The position numbers and the translations under genes are program-made. The notes below the pieces were generated by a model, which was given only the letters and a program-made list of their open reading frames with translations, had not been told where the DNA came from and searched no databases. 64,000 nucleotides of DNA from Sphagnum compactum (Eukaryota), in assembly GCA_965153455.1 (NCBI GenBank), contig OZ234493.1, forward strand, positions 11,336,213 through 11,400,212, in the 5' to 3' direction. Shown here piece by piece: positions 1-12,934 of this stretch. Position 1 is the stretch's first letter. Each line of letters opens with the position of its first letter.

Positions 1-73
1 TATGTATTCAGTCTTGATTCATAACATCGCACTGAAAAGAAACTCCTGGATTGCTGATTATGGGGTGTTGCAG

Positions 74-612
74 ATAAAACTGGAGAGTGCAAAACTAGCA
101 CAACTTTATATAAACAGAGTGTTATCAGAGCTGGATCATGAAGGGGAGAGTGCACACGGGGAGCCCATGCAGGAATTTCTTCTGCTTCAAGGAGTTCGGT
201 TTGCATTCCGTGTTCACCAGGTACTACTCAGATTGTGTGAATTTGATAAGTATTGGTTTTGAATGGATTCTTAAACTTGCAACCCAAAAGATGATCAAGC
301 CACAGATATTAGTTTTCTTCCTTTTGATCAATTGCATCACAAAACCCTCTCATGAACACAAACAGATAAACATAAAGATTTGCAAGCTCCCCTAAAACCC
401 TAATGACCTGTTTTGAAATGCAAAATCCATTACCAGATAGGTTGATCCTGAAGGTTGAATTATGGTCCACTTGTGCTACTACAATTTGAAATAACAATAT
501 ATTTTGTTGTGAAAAACCTGTGCAGTTTGTTGGAGGATTTGACCCCAAGACCATGAGTGCATTTCAAGCGTTAAGGGACCGAGCTCACATCCACAACATG
601 GATACTCTATAG
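74..612 (+). CDS. C-terminal exons of a CHUP1/IPGA1-like protein (gene begins upstream of the window)
   Basis: Exons 74-220 (AG/GT bounded; IKLESAKLAQLYINRV...EFLLLQGVRFAFRVHQ) and 526-612 (FVGGFDPKTMSAFQALRDR...TAG) match the conserved CHUP1-family C-terminal motif LLxQGVRFAFRVHQFAGGFD. Confidence 0.85.
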
Positions 613-1465
613 TTCCATAATATTATTTTCCATGAGTACAATAGTCTAGAACATTATGCAGAGTGTTACACAAGTGTGAGGTAAGTATGTGTGACATAGT
701 TGTACAATGTTGTGACATTTGAGTTGATGATTTCCAGTTTTTCTTTGCAGCAATATGTTTAAGTTGCTTCAATCTCACTGTTTTGGGCCTAATAATTGTA
801 CTGAGAAAATTGGGCATGTCTTAATATCAAGACATTTTCTGTATGGCTTTCCATTGTATGTCAACATGACAAATTCCTTGGCACATGTGCAGTGCTGTAC
901 ATTTCAGTAGTGGTCCCTAGCTCAATGACACGGGTTGTGAGTGATTCCGCATACATTCTTTCTAAATGCAAAGTTCACAAAGTGCACAACATGACAAATG
1001 TATCATCTTCTAGGAAGCACTTAGTATATATTGACATCTAGCAATATTTAGTCACTCTTCTTCAGTGCTCCAGCTTCTTTTATTCATACACATGGAGAAA
1101 TGTCCTCCATCTAAACACCACCATGAATTGTTATCACTAGATCCAACTTTTCATTTAGAAGTCCTCAATGCCTAGAAGCTCAGTACTCTTCTCCACAGTA
1201 TTTTTTTTCAACATGTGAATGCAGGATGGAGCTCAATTACAAGGGAGGCAAGCCAAAACCTTGCAGCATGGAAAGCCCTAGAGAACTCTGTTTCTGAAAT
1301 TAAACCACAGCTATGGAAATACCACCCTCACTTCTTCAATGACAGCAGTAGAATTGATACGGCAACTTATCTACGAGGGTTGGTTGCAGAGAAAACACTC
1401 CACAATTACAAGAGTTGCCATGTAGTGTAACTGACATTGTTACTGTGCACCCAACTAACAGTGGC

Positions 1466-2605
1466 TTAATCTGCCCTTGACTGACCAGCACGAGAAGAGA
1501 GAATGATGCCCACAATAAGCCCATACAAAGCCAGCGCCTCCGCAAAGATAAGAATAAGAATCATTCCAACAAACAGCTTGGGTTGCTGTGCATTTGCTCT
1601 GTCAAACCCCCGCCCCAACAAAAATTCAACGACTCAGAGCTCAAACCAACAATATCAAAGTGTGAGACACACAACGAAAGCAAAAAAATGAAACTAGGAT
1701 CTCAACTCCTGATTCCCCCGCCCACTGTTGCTAGAAGCCTTTTAAAGTGGAAGGGGAAGAGGAATGATCAAACGGCTGGAACTGGAAGGAGGAACGATCA
1801 AACTGCTGGAACTGGGAAAGAGAGGAACTACCTGACACCAGCATCACCAACAATGCCTATAGCCATGCCAGCGGAAAGGCCAGCCAGTCCACAAGACAAG
1901 CCTGATGAAAGATGAGCATAACCATCAAACACGTAGTACGGTTTCGACTTGGGATTGATCCCTGTGCTAATGATCACAGCAATGATCAAGCCATAGATAC
2001 CAAGCACTCCTGCCATAACTACAGGTACAATTGACTTCATAACCAGTTCTGGTCTCATCACTCCCATTGATGCAACCCCAACTCCACTCTTTGCTGTTCC
2101 ATATGCTGCCCCCATGCCTGCATTACCAATTTTTTTTTTAAATTGACTATTTCTCAGTGCCAGATACCCCTTGTTTGAAATCTTGGTGGCACAAAAGGAA
2201 ACTGAGTAATCTCTAGGATACATCCCGAAACCATTTCATCATCTCAAAATCGCTGGAAAAACATCAAGTTTCACAGGTTGTCAGCATTGCAATTTGCAAT
2301 TTACTTGCAATAGAATACGTAGCTCTCCCTGAAACCGTCTGCAAATCCTTCTTCACCAGCCGAGAAGTATAGGCACCACGAGAAACTAGAACAGCAAGTC
2401 CTAGATCAAACCCTAGACCAAACTCCAGACAAGTCGCCGATAGACTACCCTGGCTTCCAACCTACTACCAAAAACAGTGAAAACAAAACAGATCGTTGTC
2501 AAAAGTAGCGACTGGCTTACATGAGAAAACAAGCGCAGCTGCAGCTCCGATGAATCCAAAGAACGGCGCGATCTCGTCCCCACTGAACACAGCCGAGGAA
2601 GACAT
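1466..2605 (-). CDS. VHA-c: V-type H+-ATPase 16 kDa proteolipid subunit c, 3 exons, 167 aa
   Basis: Exons 2605-2521, 2117-1832 and 1598-1466 with GT-AG introns total 504 nt: [40 protein letters not shown]...[44 protein letters not shown]. Confidence 0.97.
1752..1829. repeat. ~30-bp tandem duplication in VHA-c intron 2
   Basis: ggaa(t/c)gatcaaac(g/t)gctggaactgg occurs twice, followed by a partial third unit. Confidence 0.7.
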
Positions 2606-3301
2606 TTTGCCCTGTGGCTACGAAACCAACTGGATCCGCAACGAAAAACCAAATCCTCCTCGAACTGCAAAAAAAATTATACACTCAGTTCCGCAGGAAA
2701 AAAAAAACTGCATGCAATGAATTGAAATATGCGAGAACGATACAGACGGAGCGTGAGTGGTTGCTAGGAATGCGAGCACAGGTTGTCGAGGTCCTTAGCA
2801 GAGCTCGACTGCCGCTGGAAGGCATGGCGATGGCGAAGCAACCGACCAAGGAGAAGAGAAACCCTAATTCCACATCCCAAACCCAGGTACCCCAAATCTG
2901 CTTTGGAGTCGTGTTTTGAGGTCCCGATCGAGGTCCTGTTCGAGGTACGTGTCCTAAAGCCCTAATGGGTGGGGGCCATTCTCAAAATAAGGGGCCTAGG
3001 TCTTTTTCTTTTGGTCTTTTTCTTTTTCTTTCTGGAGTGTAAATTGGGCCCATATTGCACACACAAATTGTTCATATCTGTAGTGTGGTGACAATGTGTT
3101 TGGAATTTTATTATTATTATTATTTTATTTTATTTTTTATTTGCGTGTTGCTCAATTATGATTTGGTTATTGTTTGTTTAGTTTGTCAATTGTGTTTTGG
3201 AAATTTGATTATCTTATTTTAATTTTGTCATTAAAAATGTTTCTATATTTTATTTTCTCAAAAGAAGTGTTTGCAATTATAGTATATCATCTTGTTTCAC
3301 C

Positions 3302-4620
3302 ATGGAGGATATTACAAATTTACCTAAGCATTTAATTTCATCAAAAAAAAGTTTCAAAATGAATTCATGTCACTCTTTCCATTGCTAGTGTTGATGATTT
3401 CTTTGATTTACATCTTTCGCAAGCAACTTGTGACGATCCTTTTGTTGGGTCCTAAGCCAAGCATCATGTGTCTTTTACAACCATTTCTCCTTTTGTAACA
3501 ATCTCTCTTGCAAAAGAGCCATTTGTAAAAATATTTTTTTATCAAGCAATCATTTTCAATTATCTTTCATATGGTGAAATCATCTATTGCTAATGAGCTT
3601 TATGTAGTTGTTTTAATCATCGATTAAAGCACAATGGCAGCTAATAGTTGGTTGATGATCAATTTTTTGTTGCAATTCTTATTTTGTTAAAGGAAGGAAC
3701 CCATGGGAATTTTAGTGCTACATGCAATGGTGAGGTCTATGAACATTTTGACGATGACTTTATTATAAAGGAAAGTTGTAAACATGTAGATGATCGTTCT
3801 GATGAAAATTATATTCTTAAATATCTTGTTCAAACAAAAGAGAATAATCTTGACAAAGAGGTTGTTAATATTGTTGAAAAAAAACATTCATTTCATTTCA
3901 AATTGGTTGATCCAATGGAATCGCAAAATGTGACTATTGGTGGTAGACATCGTAGCAAACACACAAATGTGTAGCTATGAAATGCATTTGAAGAATGGAA
4001 ATTTTTCAAAGGTTTTTTAACATATCATTCGATTTAAAACCTATTTCAAATGGAAGATGTTAAGTCATTTGTTGGTATGCTTACAATGTTTATGTTATAA
4101 ATCGCCAAGAAGGATGGCTTTCTATACACGTTAACTATGTGAGCTTCTCTTCCTTTCTCTATTATGATTTGTTTCACTACTATCTATATTTGTGGATTCT
4201 TACATTCTGTATGTTTGTCTTGTAGGATTCAGGTTATGATTTATGCCCGCATCAAGAGTCTAATCTAAAAATGTGAAGAGCTTGAAATTGTGAAATCAAA
4301 AAATAGGCCTCCTATTCCATTCAACATCTTAACAAATGTTTAATATGGCCTTGTTTAATGTGTTGTCAACAAATTTATCATGTGTTTTTCTATTGTGAGG
4401 TTGGGTAGGATGAATGTTAAAAGTGACATTTTCAACTATAGTTAAAAGTTTGATATGTTTGAATTTAAAACGACATCTATCAACATGGTTTTCTAATGTT
4501 AATTAATGTTTTGTTTACTTTTGTTCAAAAAAAAATTCATATGAGCTAAAATGAAGATGAGGAATATTAACGATTTTCACTTTTCTTTACACGACGACAA
4601 TTGTGATGATTTTTTTTTAA
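3302..4620 (+). mobile_element. Decayed Crypton/DUF3504-like tyrosine recombinase ORF
   Basis: Stop-riddled translation from ~3950: SKHTNV*L*NAFEEWK...MLTMFML*IAKKDGFLY; probable intron ~4139-4225; then FNILTNV...RLGRMNVKSDIF and FI*AKMKMRNI. The motif order resembles the DUF3504/Crypton N-terminus and box I (FxIRGxxE). Recognised by eye. Confidence 0.5.
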
Positions 4621-4735
4621 AACTATTTTATTGATCTCTGGCATATATATATATTTATGTGTTTTGTATATTTTGGTGCCTTTTACATGGATCTTACAAG
4701 TCTAAATGTTATACAAGTACTCATCATGGCCTTTT

Positions 4736-5375
4736 GGGTCAAAGCACGATTGGGGTACCAAAAAGGATCATCTCCTTTTGTATCCAATGGACCCCTCACT
4801 TAAAATATGTTGTTATAACTTAATGGCACATTCATATTGAAAGTCTGATTTTCTTCATGGATAGATACATTACTAAAGCATTATTCTATGCACAACAGGT
4901 CAAATTTGACAAGTTTCGAGATTCCTACCAAGTCCTTGAAAATTTTCCAGGACTTTGTCTCTAAAGAAAATAAAAAGACAAAAACTCATAAGGAATTTCT
5001 AAACAAATTTTTTTGGCCAAAGATTCTTACCACAAACTCCTTAAATACTAATGTATATAAAATGTATGAATGTGACAAAAATCAAATGCCCTATTGCAAT
5101 GTAAAAAGTTTCTAAAAGTGAAATCTCTAGGAATTTTGGGCCATTGATAAAACATGGCCCACATTGGATAAATTGTAGTATTCCTATTTTTATAAGTGAA
5201 AACAATAGATATTCTAAATGCCTATATAAAAATTGGAAAAAAAATATTTCATTTAACATGAAAAAAAAGGGAAATCTAGAGCATGTCATAGGAAAAATGA
5301 AAAAAAGGTGAATTTTGAATCCTTAGGATTGAGTCCTTAATGTTCTTGAAGGGTACCCCAATCGTGCTTTGACCT
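4736..5375. mobile_element. MITE (~640 bp), probably Tourist/PIF-Harbinger type
   Basis: Perfect 23-bp inverted repeat ggtcaaagcacgattggggtacc (4737-4759) / ggtaccccaatcgtgctttgacc (5352-5374); TTT on both flanks as a possible 3-bp TSD; no internal coding capacity. Confidence 0.8.
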
Positions 5376-6979
5376 TTTAAAGAATGGAAATTTGATGTTG
5401 ATTATTATGGACTAGAAATTTAATGGGTTCTTGTAAAATTGCCCTAATCTTGATGCGATCTGCACATTCAAAACAATGATGTGTTATCATCCTCCTTGGA
5501 CACTAAACAATATTCACCTACATTTTTTTTAAACTCTTAAATATATATATATAAAATATCATTGATCTTGTTTAATTTGAAATTTTCAATTGACAAAAAT
5601 ATTCTTGTTTTTATCGTGGAGGTGATGACATTAAATATTGACTTAAATGATAAAAAAATTACTAATAAAATTGATAAGGGTGTAGGAATTATTTGAATGG
5701 GAAAAACATTAATCCATTTTAGCAAGGAATGAAAATTATTCAAAGTCTTATGTTAAATACAAGCAAACCAACAAGGTTGCTATTGATTGTGCTTCATGGT
5801 GATTTTTTTTTGTGAAACTATCAATGAGAAGCCCTTATAGTATTAAAATGTTTTTATTCAAAATTTTACCAAAAAGATGTGCATATAGTGTTGAAACGTT
5901 TATTGTAGCCATAAAAAAGACTTTTAAAAGTGATTATAAAGGCATGGTAATTTTTATTTCAAATAAACTTATTGTGAATGTCATTGATGTTTTTTCAAAT
6001 GATCATATATTTATGTTTGTTGGTGGCGATTTACTTCCATTAGAAGAAAAAATGTCATTTGCAATTGAAAAGGAGTTATACAACATTTTCATTTACAAAA
6101 ATTGACATTTTTTCTTCTAGTGTTTTAGTTCTAAAATGTCTACCATGATGAAGCAATATGATTTTATTGCCTTTATGAAAGAAACATCCATTTCATTGTC
6201 ATTTTCACAATCGGTGGGTCATTAGTTTCACAATTTACAAAATTACAATATCAATGTCATGATTATGGAACTGTCCATGGTAGTTGGAATTATGAAAGAC
6301 ATCAAGATACTGATTTTTGACCCAAAAATTTAGTTCCCAAAAATGAAAATCTTAGTGACAAGAATGATGATTCTTTTAAGTAATTTTGGTGATATTCAAA
6401 ACTTACAATAATATTGCTACAACTTTGACCATGTGTACTACAATAACATTACCAAGATGGAGAAGTTATTGATTGGTGATTTTTGTGTGTGCTGCACCAA
6501 AAATTTCTTTGTAGAAAAAGGTTGATGATAATTTAACCCAATTTATTTATTTTTTATCGAAGGATTTAATTTGAGACCTTTGTTTTCATTTGAAGATACA
6601 ATTAACACTTTTGCTCTAATTTGAACATATTTTTGACATTTGCTTGGAATTTGAGAAAATATTCATTGAGAAAGGTTCTCCAATTTGCATTTGTTTGTTA
6701 CTAATTGTGCTTTGAAATATTACATGTTTTTCCATCTGCATAGAAGAAGAGCTTCCAAGCTAAATTATACTTCCCATGTTAATCCATCTTCCCTTGTCAT
6801 GCAACCACAAATTCATATTCATTGGCTTGTGGGTTGAAGAAAAACTTTGGAATCCCATATTTGTGTTTGCTTAAATTGAAATTTTTATGATCTTTACATC
6901 CCATCTTAGTGAAGATTGTAAATTTTTCCATTTTTAAAGACCTAATTTCTTGTGAATTTTTCAATTTTTGTTATGATGT

Positions 6980-7620
6980 TCTATTAATATTTCTTATTCT
7001 TTACATTCTCAAAGGATGTCTCAATTGAATGACCTAGTGAATATGACATTACTTTCTAAGTAACGGATCTCTATTGTGTGTGTGGTACAAGATTTGTCAA
7101 TGGTTCTTCATGTTATTGATATTGAACTACAACAAGTATTCAGTATTAAAACCAAAGTTTTTTGTTGAAGTTTTTCTTGTCCATTACATGTTTCAAAAAA
7201 AAACATTTGGCATTTGTGATTTAGAAAGGTGTTTGTGCAAGACTTATGCCAATTGTTCAAGGCACACTATTACATTCATATGGAATTGTTTATGTAGAAA
7301 GAAGGAGTATGATGAAAATTTCATGTGCGAATTTGTGCATATAACAAATTTACCTTAAAGCCTACCTATCTAATTGTCTCAAATGAAGTAGGTGTACATC
7401 TAAATGGCAAAGACAATCCAACTTCAAGCTTGATGAAATGTTCATTATACATATCTATGGTTTTGCATTTCCCTTGTGTGTGTTATAGCATGAGCAAGGA
7501 TAATGCATTTTTTCTTTGCACTAGTTTTGGAAAAAAACTTATAATTTGTGAACCTAAAAAATTGTCTCCTTTAATTTGAAGAAGTACACTTTTTAGTTTA
7601 GCCAATTTTGATAAGATGAC
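6980..7620 (-). mobile_element. Decayed ORF with tyrosine-recombinase-like motif order
   Basis: Frameshifted minus-strand translation gives ALSLLML*HTQGK..., SFETIR*VG, FFETCNGQEKL, SISIT*RT and KVMSYSLGHSIETS, resembling YR box I through box II (LGH...T...Y). The catalytic R and Y are not cleanly visible. Confidence 0.35.
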
Positions 7621-8334
7621 AATAATGATGTTTCCAAGTAAGCCTTTCTTTTAGCAAATTTGATGGAGTTGTTATTACAGTTGATGATGATGATATTCCC
7701 AAAGTAAGTTTCAAGTGTATTGAAACAAAATTCCGAGAATTTTGAAAATTTGATATATGGGTGGTTTTTTATAATCTTTCATAGGCTCCTTATTAATTTT
7801 GCATAATCTTTCATATAGTCATCCCTAAAAATTTCCAAAAAATTTCCAAATATAACTACTTCATTTCCAAGCCTAACTACTTCACCTCCTTTCTCGTAAT
7901 TACTCTTATTCTTATAACTACTTCACTCCTTTCCTATAACTATATCTTATATTTATAACTCTTTCACCCTCGGCAACATGGATATGAAAAGACAAATTAA
8001 CATGTGTCTTTTCATGTCCATGATATTTATATTAATTGAAATTAAATTTGACATTGACATAAATAATGATGAATTATTGATAATCATATGATAACATAGT
8101 AAAGGTCAGTTCACATTTAAATGTAGGCTATTAAAGAAAAGGTAACTTAACATAATTATTTAGGTTACCTTTTAGGTTAATGGTAGTAGCTACCATTGTG
8201 GTCTATTATTGTTCACATTAGGTGCTTTAGGTAAGGTAGGTAAGACATGTGTTGTGTTTCTATTAACCTATTGTTCAAAAACTGCAAACACTCATGGCGA
8301 GGTAAGTTCCTTCCCTCCCTATTCATTTGCATCA

Positions 8335-8945
8335 TTACCTTTTTTTTTGCATGTGAAGCTCCTTTGAGCTTTGATTATGTAATTCCTTTTTATTCTTTAA
8401 TTTTAATTTTCTTACTTTTAATTATGTAGTTTTTTGTGTTGTTTTTGCATGCGGAGCTCCTCCGAGCTTTGTTGTTGTAGTTCCTCCTTCCTCATGATTT
8501 TTTAAAAATATTTTTGGTTGTGTAGGTCCTGTGTTTTTTTCGTGTGTGAAGCTCCTCCAAGCTTTGTTGCTTTAGCTCCTTTTTGCTTTCGGCTTTTCAT
8601 TTTCCTGCTTCGATTATGGAGTTTTTTTGTGTTTTTTTTGCATGCAAAGTTCCTTCAAGCTATGTTCATAAAGCTTTTCATTGTTCCTTAGTTTTCATTT
8701 TCCTACTTTCGATTGTGCAAGTCCTTAGTGTTTTTTTCGCATGCGGAATCTTCCAAGCTTTGTTGATATAACTCTTCTTTGTTCCTAATTTTCTTGTTTT
8801 TATTTTCGTTTGTGCAATTCCTGTGTTATTTTCGCATGCAAAGTTCTTCTGAACTTTGTTGTTGTAGCTCCTCTTTGTTCCTGGCTTTTCAATTATGGAG
8901 CTCATGTGTCTTTGTTACGTGCGAATTAGCTCCTTCGAGTTGTGA
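8335..8945. repeat. Degenerate ~95-100 bp tandem array (~7 copies) inside the Harbinger element
   Basis: The core gcatg(t/c)g(a/g)agctcct(t/c)c(g/a)agctttgttg recurs near 8349, 8447, 8542, 8640, 8739, 8834 and 8919. Confidence 0.8.
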
Positions 8946-8999
8946 TCGTCTCTACATTTTATAATGTAGCCATTGCAAATGGTTTGTCTTGCATAATTT

Positions 9000-10270
9000 T
9001 TGCAAGATGTGTTGTAGATTTAAAAATTGATTTTGCAAGGTTTCAACACAACATAATTTGAGCTTTTGTCTAAAGCTCTAGTGTCGCCTTCGAAAGATGT
9101 TTGTTTTGATTTTGAAATGATGCATCACACAATTGTTCTACACCAGTATTAGATCTCATGTGTGTATAATATTTTAAGGAACAAAAAACGTAATGAGTAG
9201 GTTAAAGCATGATCAACCACCTGATATTCAAACATTAATGACATAATACAACAACCTCAAGTGGATCAAACACTTCCATGCTAATAATTTTGTCCTTCAC
9301 TTGACAAAGAAGTTGAAAGCTTTCATGGAAAAGAAAAACACGAAATTTCAAGTTGTTGTCCCTGTGAGTATGTGTAGCCTATAGTTTGTACAAACTTGTG
9401 CATGTGTCTAAATACTTGCATTGTTCTAAATTTTTTATTATCAAAAAGTTGACTGTCCACCTTGTCTTGCATGAATTCGTATCTATAGTGAACTTTGTTT
9501 TGAAAAACCAAATGGAATGGCTAGAGGGCAATGACTTGATTGAAATCATGGATGGGTTCAAGAACTTTTATGGCATGCTATCAATCCATGGCGCCATAGA
9601 TGCAACACAAATTCATGTGTAAAAACCAAAGGCCCATGTTTTTGTAATTAACTTTTATTTTTTCAAATCAAAGGGTTACAACATTCAAAGGCAAGCTATT
9701 ATGGACCATTGAAAGATGTTTAAGGATGTGTATGTTGGGATTCTAGGTTCTATCAATGATGCTCGAGTTTTGAGGATGTCTTCTTTGTACCATACAACCA
9801 TTGAACAAAATTTGTTTGTTGTTGAACTTGGACAAGAAGGTATCAAACCTTACATTAGGGGGACAAGGGCTATCCTTTACTATTGTGGCTGATGGTGGCA
9901 CATAAACAAACAAGGGTATGTTAGACTATGCTTGAAGCTCTTTACAATCAACAATTATTTCGTGGCAAATGTGTGGTTGAAAACTCCTTTGGAATCCTTA
10001 AAAAGATGTTCAGGGAACTCTTATAAAAGACCAACTTAAATATCCTTTTTTTGCCAAATGTTGTTGTTTGATGTTGTATGTTACATAACTTGATCTTCAA
10101 TGGCAGAAATGAGGATGTTGAATCCTTGATGATTCGATTAGAAGTTGAAAATCATGAGCAACTAGCTCAAGTTGTAAAGAAAGATGAAAAAAGAAATGCA
10201 GAAATAGGTATTGACATTGATGGTGCACATGTTCCTTTACACGATGATGAGGTTTTTGGAAACACATAGC
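9000..10270 (+). pseudogene. Harbinger (HARBI1/DDE_Tnp_4) transposase remnant
   Basis: Motifs IHGAIDATQIHV, GSINDARVLRMSSL, GDKGYPLLLWLM, VVENSFGILKK and CMLHN in order, with multiple stops and frameshifts. Confidence 0.88.
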
Positions 10271-10539
10271 AAATGATTTTAGAGTAGTACCTTGGAACTT
10301 GTAGGCCACAGATTCAGAGATGAATATGGTGTTATGTTTTGAAAATTACATGAATATGAAAACTATGAATTTGAAATTGGAAAAATGACCTACTTTGCTT
10401 GCAATGTTTTCCTTGATGTATTCAGCTAGCTTCATCATCACTAACATGAATGTTGGATTTTGGATTCAATCTTTTGATGAATCACATAGAATGTTTACTG
10501 GTGGTGGCATTTCAACCTTATCCTAAATGAAAGCGTGAC

Positions 10540-11600
10540 ACATTGCAATGTTCCAATTAGCCAAAACACTCACCATGTTTTTTCTTCTTCGATGAATCTT
10601 TCTAATTCTAGATTTTGAATATTGCATATGTTCATTGGTTGTGCGTTTCTGAGTTTTGCTATGATGTTTTTCAATCTTAAGTTGTGTCACGTTTATGCGC
10701 TCCATCAAATCAACAAGCACTTTGCTATTCTTGTCTAAAGCCTCCAAGATTAGGGAAAACACATTTTACCTCTTACACTTGACACTTGTGCTCCTGAACG
10801 CCAATGGTATTGTTAGTTTGTTTACAAGTGTTACTAATGTTGTTATAGATGGAGAATCCAAGATCATTGTCTTTGGATGCCCTTGGGAGGATTCGAAATA
10901 ATTGTCAAGATTGACAACAAGCACCTTGCCCCATTGTGTTTTAGTTGTTGTTGTTGCTGATTGTTTTTGACTTGCATTCTCTTCAAGAACATAGTCGTCT
11001 CTTAGCATATCTTGCAACATAGAAGTTCCAGCTACAAGAGAGTCCAATGTGTGCTCTTATGGTGGTGGAATGTAAATGCCATCTCCTTTAGCATGAATGT
11101 TTCGTACATGCAAAAGTTTGTTCATTACCTGCTTTCCCTGGACCAACCCAATCACATTGTAAAACTCCTTGTTGAATTGCCTTGGAAGGTGGTGTTTATT
11201 GTGTTCTTCCATTATCAAGTCCTAAAATGATGTGTCGTGGCTAGTCCCTATGTGATAGTCTGAAATTTTCTTGAATTTAGAATTTAACCCTTTCCATTTG
11301 TCTTTGCACATTTTTCCAATGTGCACAATTCTTGATTTGGTGAGCTTTCACACTTCTTTGGCAATCTTGTCCCATTTTTGTGTTGGTGGAAGCATTTGTG
11401 AATGTGAGTCAACCAAACACTTGAAATTAAAATATTTTTATTTTTTGCATTTGATGAGTGCAAGAACCTCAACATGATCCCAATTGCTTTGCCTCTTGCA
11501 TGATGGTTTGATTGCTTTAGTGATTTCAGCCGATGGTGTTGTGATTGGTGACACGTCTCCTCTGAGAAACACAATGGTTGCTTCTATTGGTCCCACATGA
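10540..11600 (-). pseudogene. Harbinger Myb/SANT (trihelix) DNA-binding ORF remnant
   Basis: RQSNWDHVEVLALIKCKK followed by a W..IAK...C..KW..L...FKKI.DY pattern and a coiled-coil-like tail; convergent with the nuclease ORF. Confidence 0.75.
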
Positions 11601-12570
11601 GGCGCTCCTATAGGGCTTTTCCCCTCCCCCTCCCTCTTTCTCTCCCCTTGCAAATTCTTCATGCTGCTACTATGAAAAAAATTGTTGTTGTCTATGGTTT
11701 CCATTTTTTGAAGATTTGAAGATTTGCACATTAGTTCGATGTGCAAACAACAAATGCAGAGGACAAGACAAAGAAATTGTGTTTGACACAAGATGAAACA
11801 ATTGTACACGGAATGTTCAAGCCTTTTTATCATTAAAGGGTTTGTGTAGAAGAGGTTGTTTGAGATGGTTAGGGCGTTGATTAATGACACCCTTTAATTA
11901 CGATTGATAAACTATCAACGTTGGTAGGCATCAAAATGTACACATTTGCAAGATTTTACTTGTGTAATGTTAGTTTTACTCATTTCACATTATCTACTAT
12001 TGTTAACTTATTAACACCTTGCCACATTAGCAAATCATGTCAGCTACTTATTAAAAAAATTTCCATATGCGAACAGAGTTAAGAAAGATAATTTATCATT
12101 GCTATTACCCCCAAGTGTGAACTGACCTTAAGAAAGAAAAGTGTCACTTGTAGTGCATAGCAACGCGGAGCCCAAATTTGGTAGAGTTGATGATAATGAT
12201 AATTATGATTTGAGATAGTTCTACTTTCATTTGAAGATACAACTTATTTTTTGAGTATATTTTCGGCCTTTGATTTAAATTAGAAAAAATGTTCTCCAAT
12301 TTGGATATGTTTGTTGTTGAATTTGCTTTGAAATATTATCTACTCCGTAAACAAATGAATTAAACGAAAAATCTCTTTAAACAAAAGGAACAAAAATCCC
12401 AAGAAATAATGAAATGGATTCCTTACAAGGCAAACCCCATAAGGCGCCTACTTACAAGGCAAACCTTATAATTATCGAAACCCTTCATGATTCTACCTCT
12501 GGATGTGCTCGTGAATTGCATTGGAAAAAGACTCTTGATTCGTAAGGCATGTGGAGGGTTGTGTTACCAT

Positions 12571-12593
12571 GGTTTAGGGTTTAGGGTTTAGGG
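12571..12593. repeat. Interstitial telomere-like (TTTAGGG)3
   Basis: ggtttagggtttagggtttaggg; similar (AAACCCT)2-3 runs at ~19112 and ~20166. Confidence 0.7.
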
Positions 12594-12934
12594 TAAGGTC
12601 ACAGCCAAGGGGTAGTGCTGAATTTCGTTAACACCTTGTTTGAGGGCTTTAGGTACGGTGTGTAAACACAATTAATGTACTTTTGGGGGGACCTTCCCAC
12701 TCCCTATGAAGCTCATGTAGCTGAAGAATTTTCTTGTAAAGGAATTTGTAAGACGAGGTATTGTGTTTAGATTCATAATAGAGTATAGTAGCTTAAGGGA
12801 TTTTGGCCTTTAATTAAGTAATAATAGGTCTATTTTTATATGAGGGTTTTTGAAAGATGATATATATATATTTTGGCTTGTGTTGAAACTTGAGATTATT
12901 AGTTATAGAGTTATGATATTTTGAAGGATTGGTA

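Larger units (their letters stand above)
8103..12128. mobile_element. Full-length decayed PIF/Harbinger DNA transposon (~4.0 kb)
   Basis: 13-bp TIRs aggtcagttcaca (8103-8115) / tgtgaactgacct (12116-12128), TAA TSD at 8100-8102 and 12129-12131, and convergent DDE-nuclease and Myb/SANT remnants inside. Confidence 0.93.

Noticed and set aside
8335..8945. Regularly spaced repeats resembling a CRISPR array
   Set aside because: Whole units including the 'spacers' are homologous and degenerate, there are no cas genes, and the array lies inside a eukaryotic Harbinger element.
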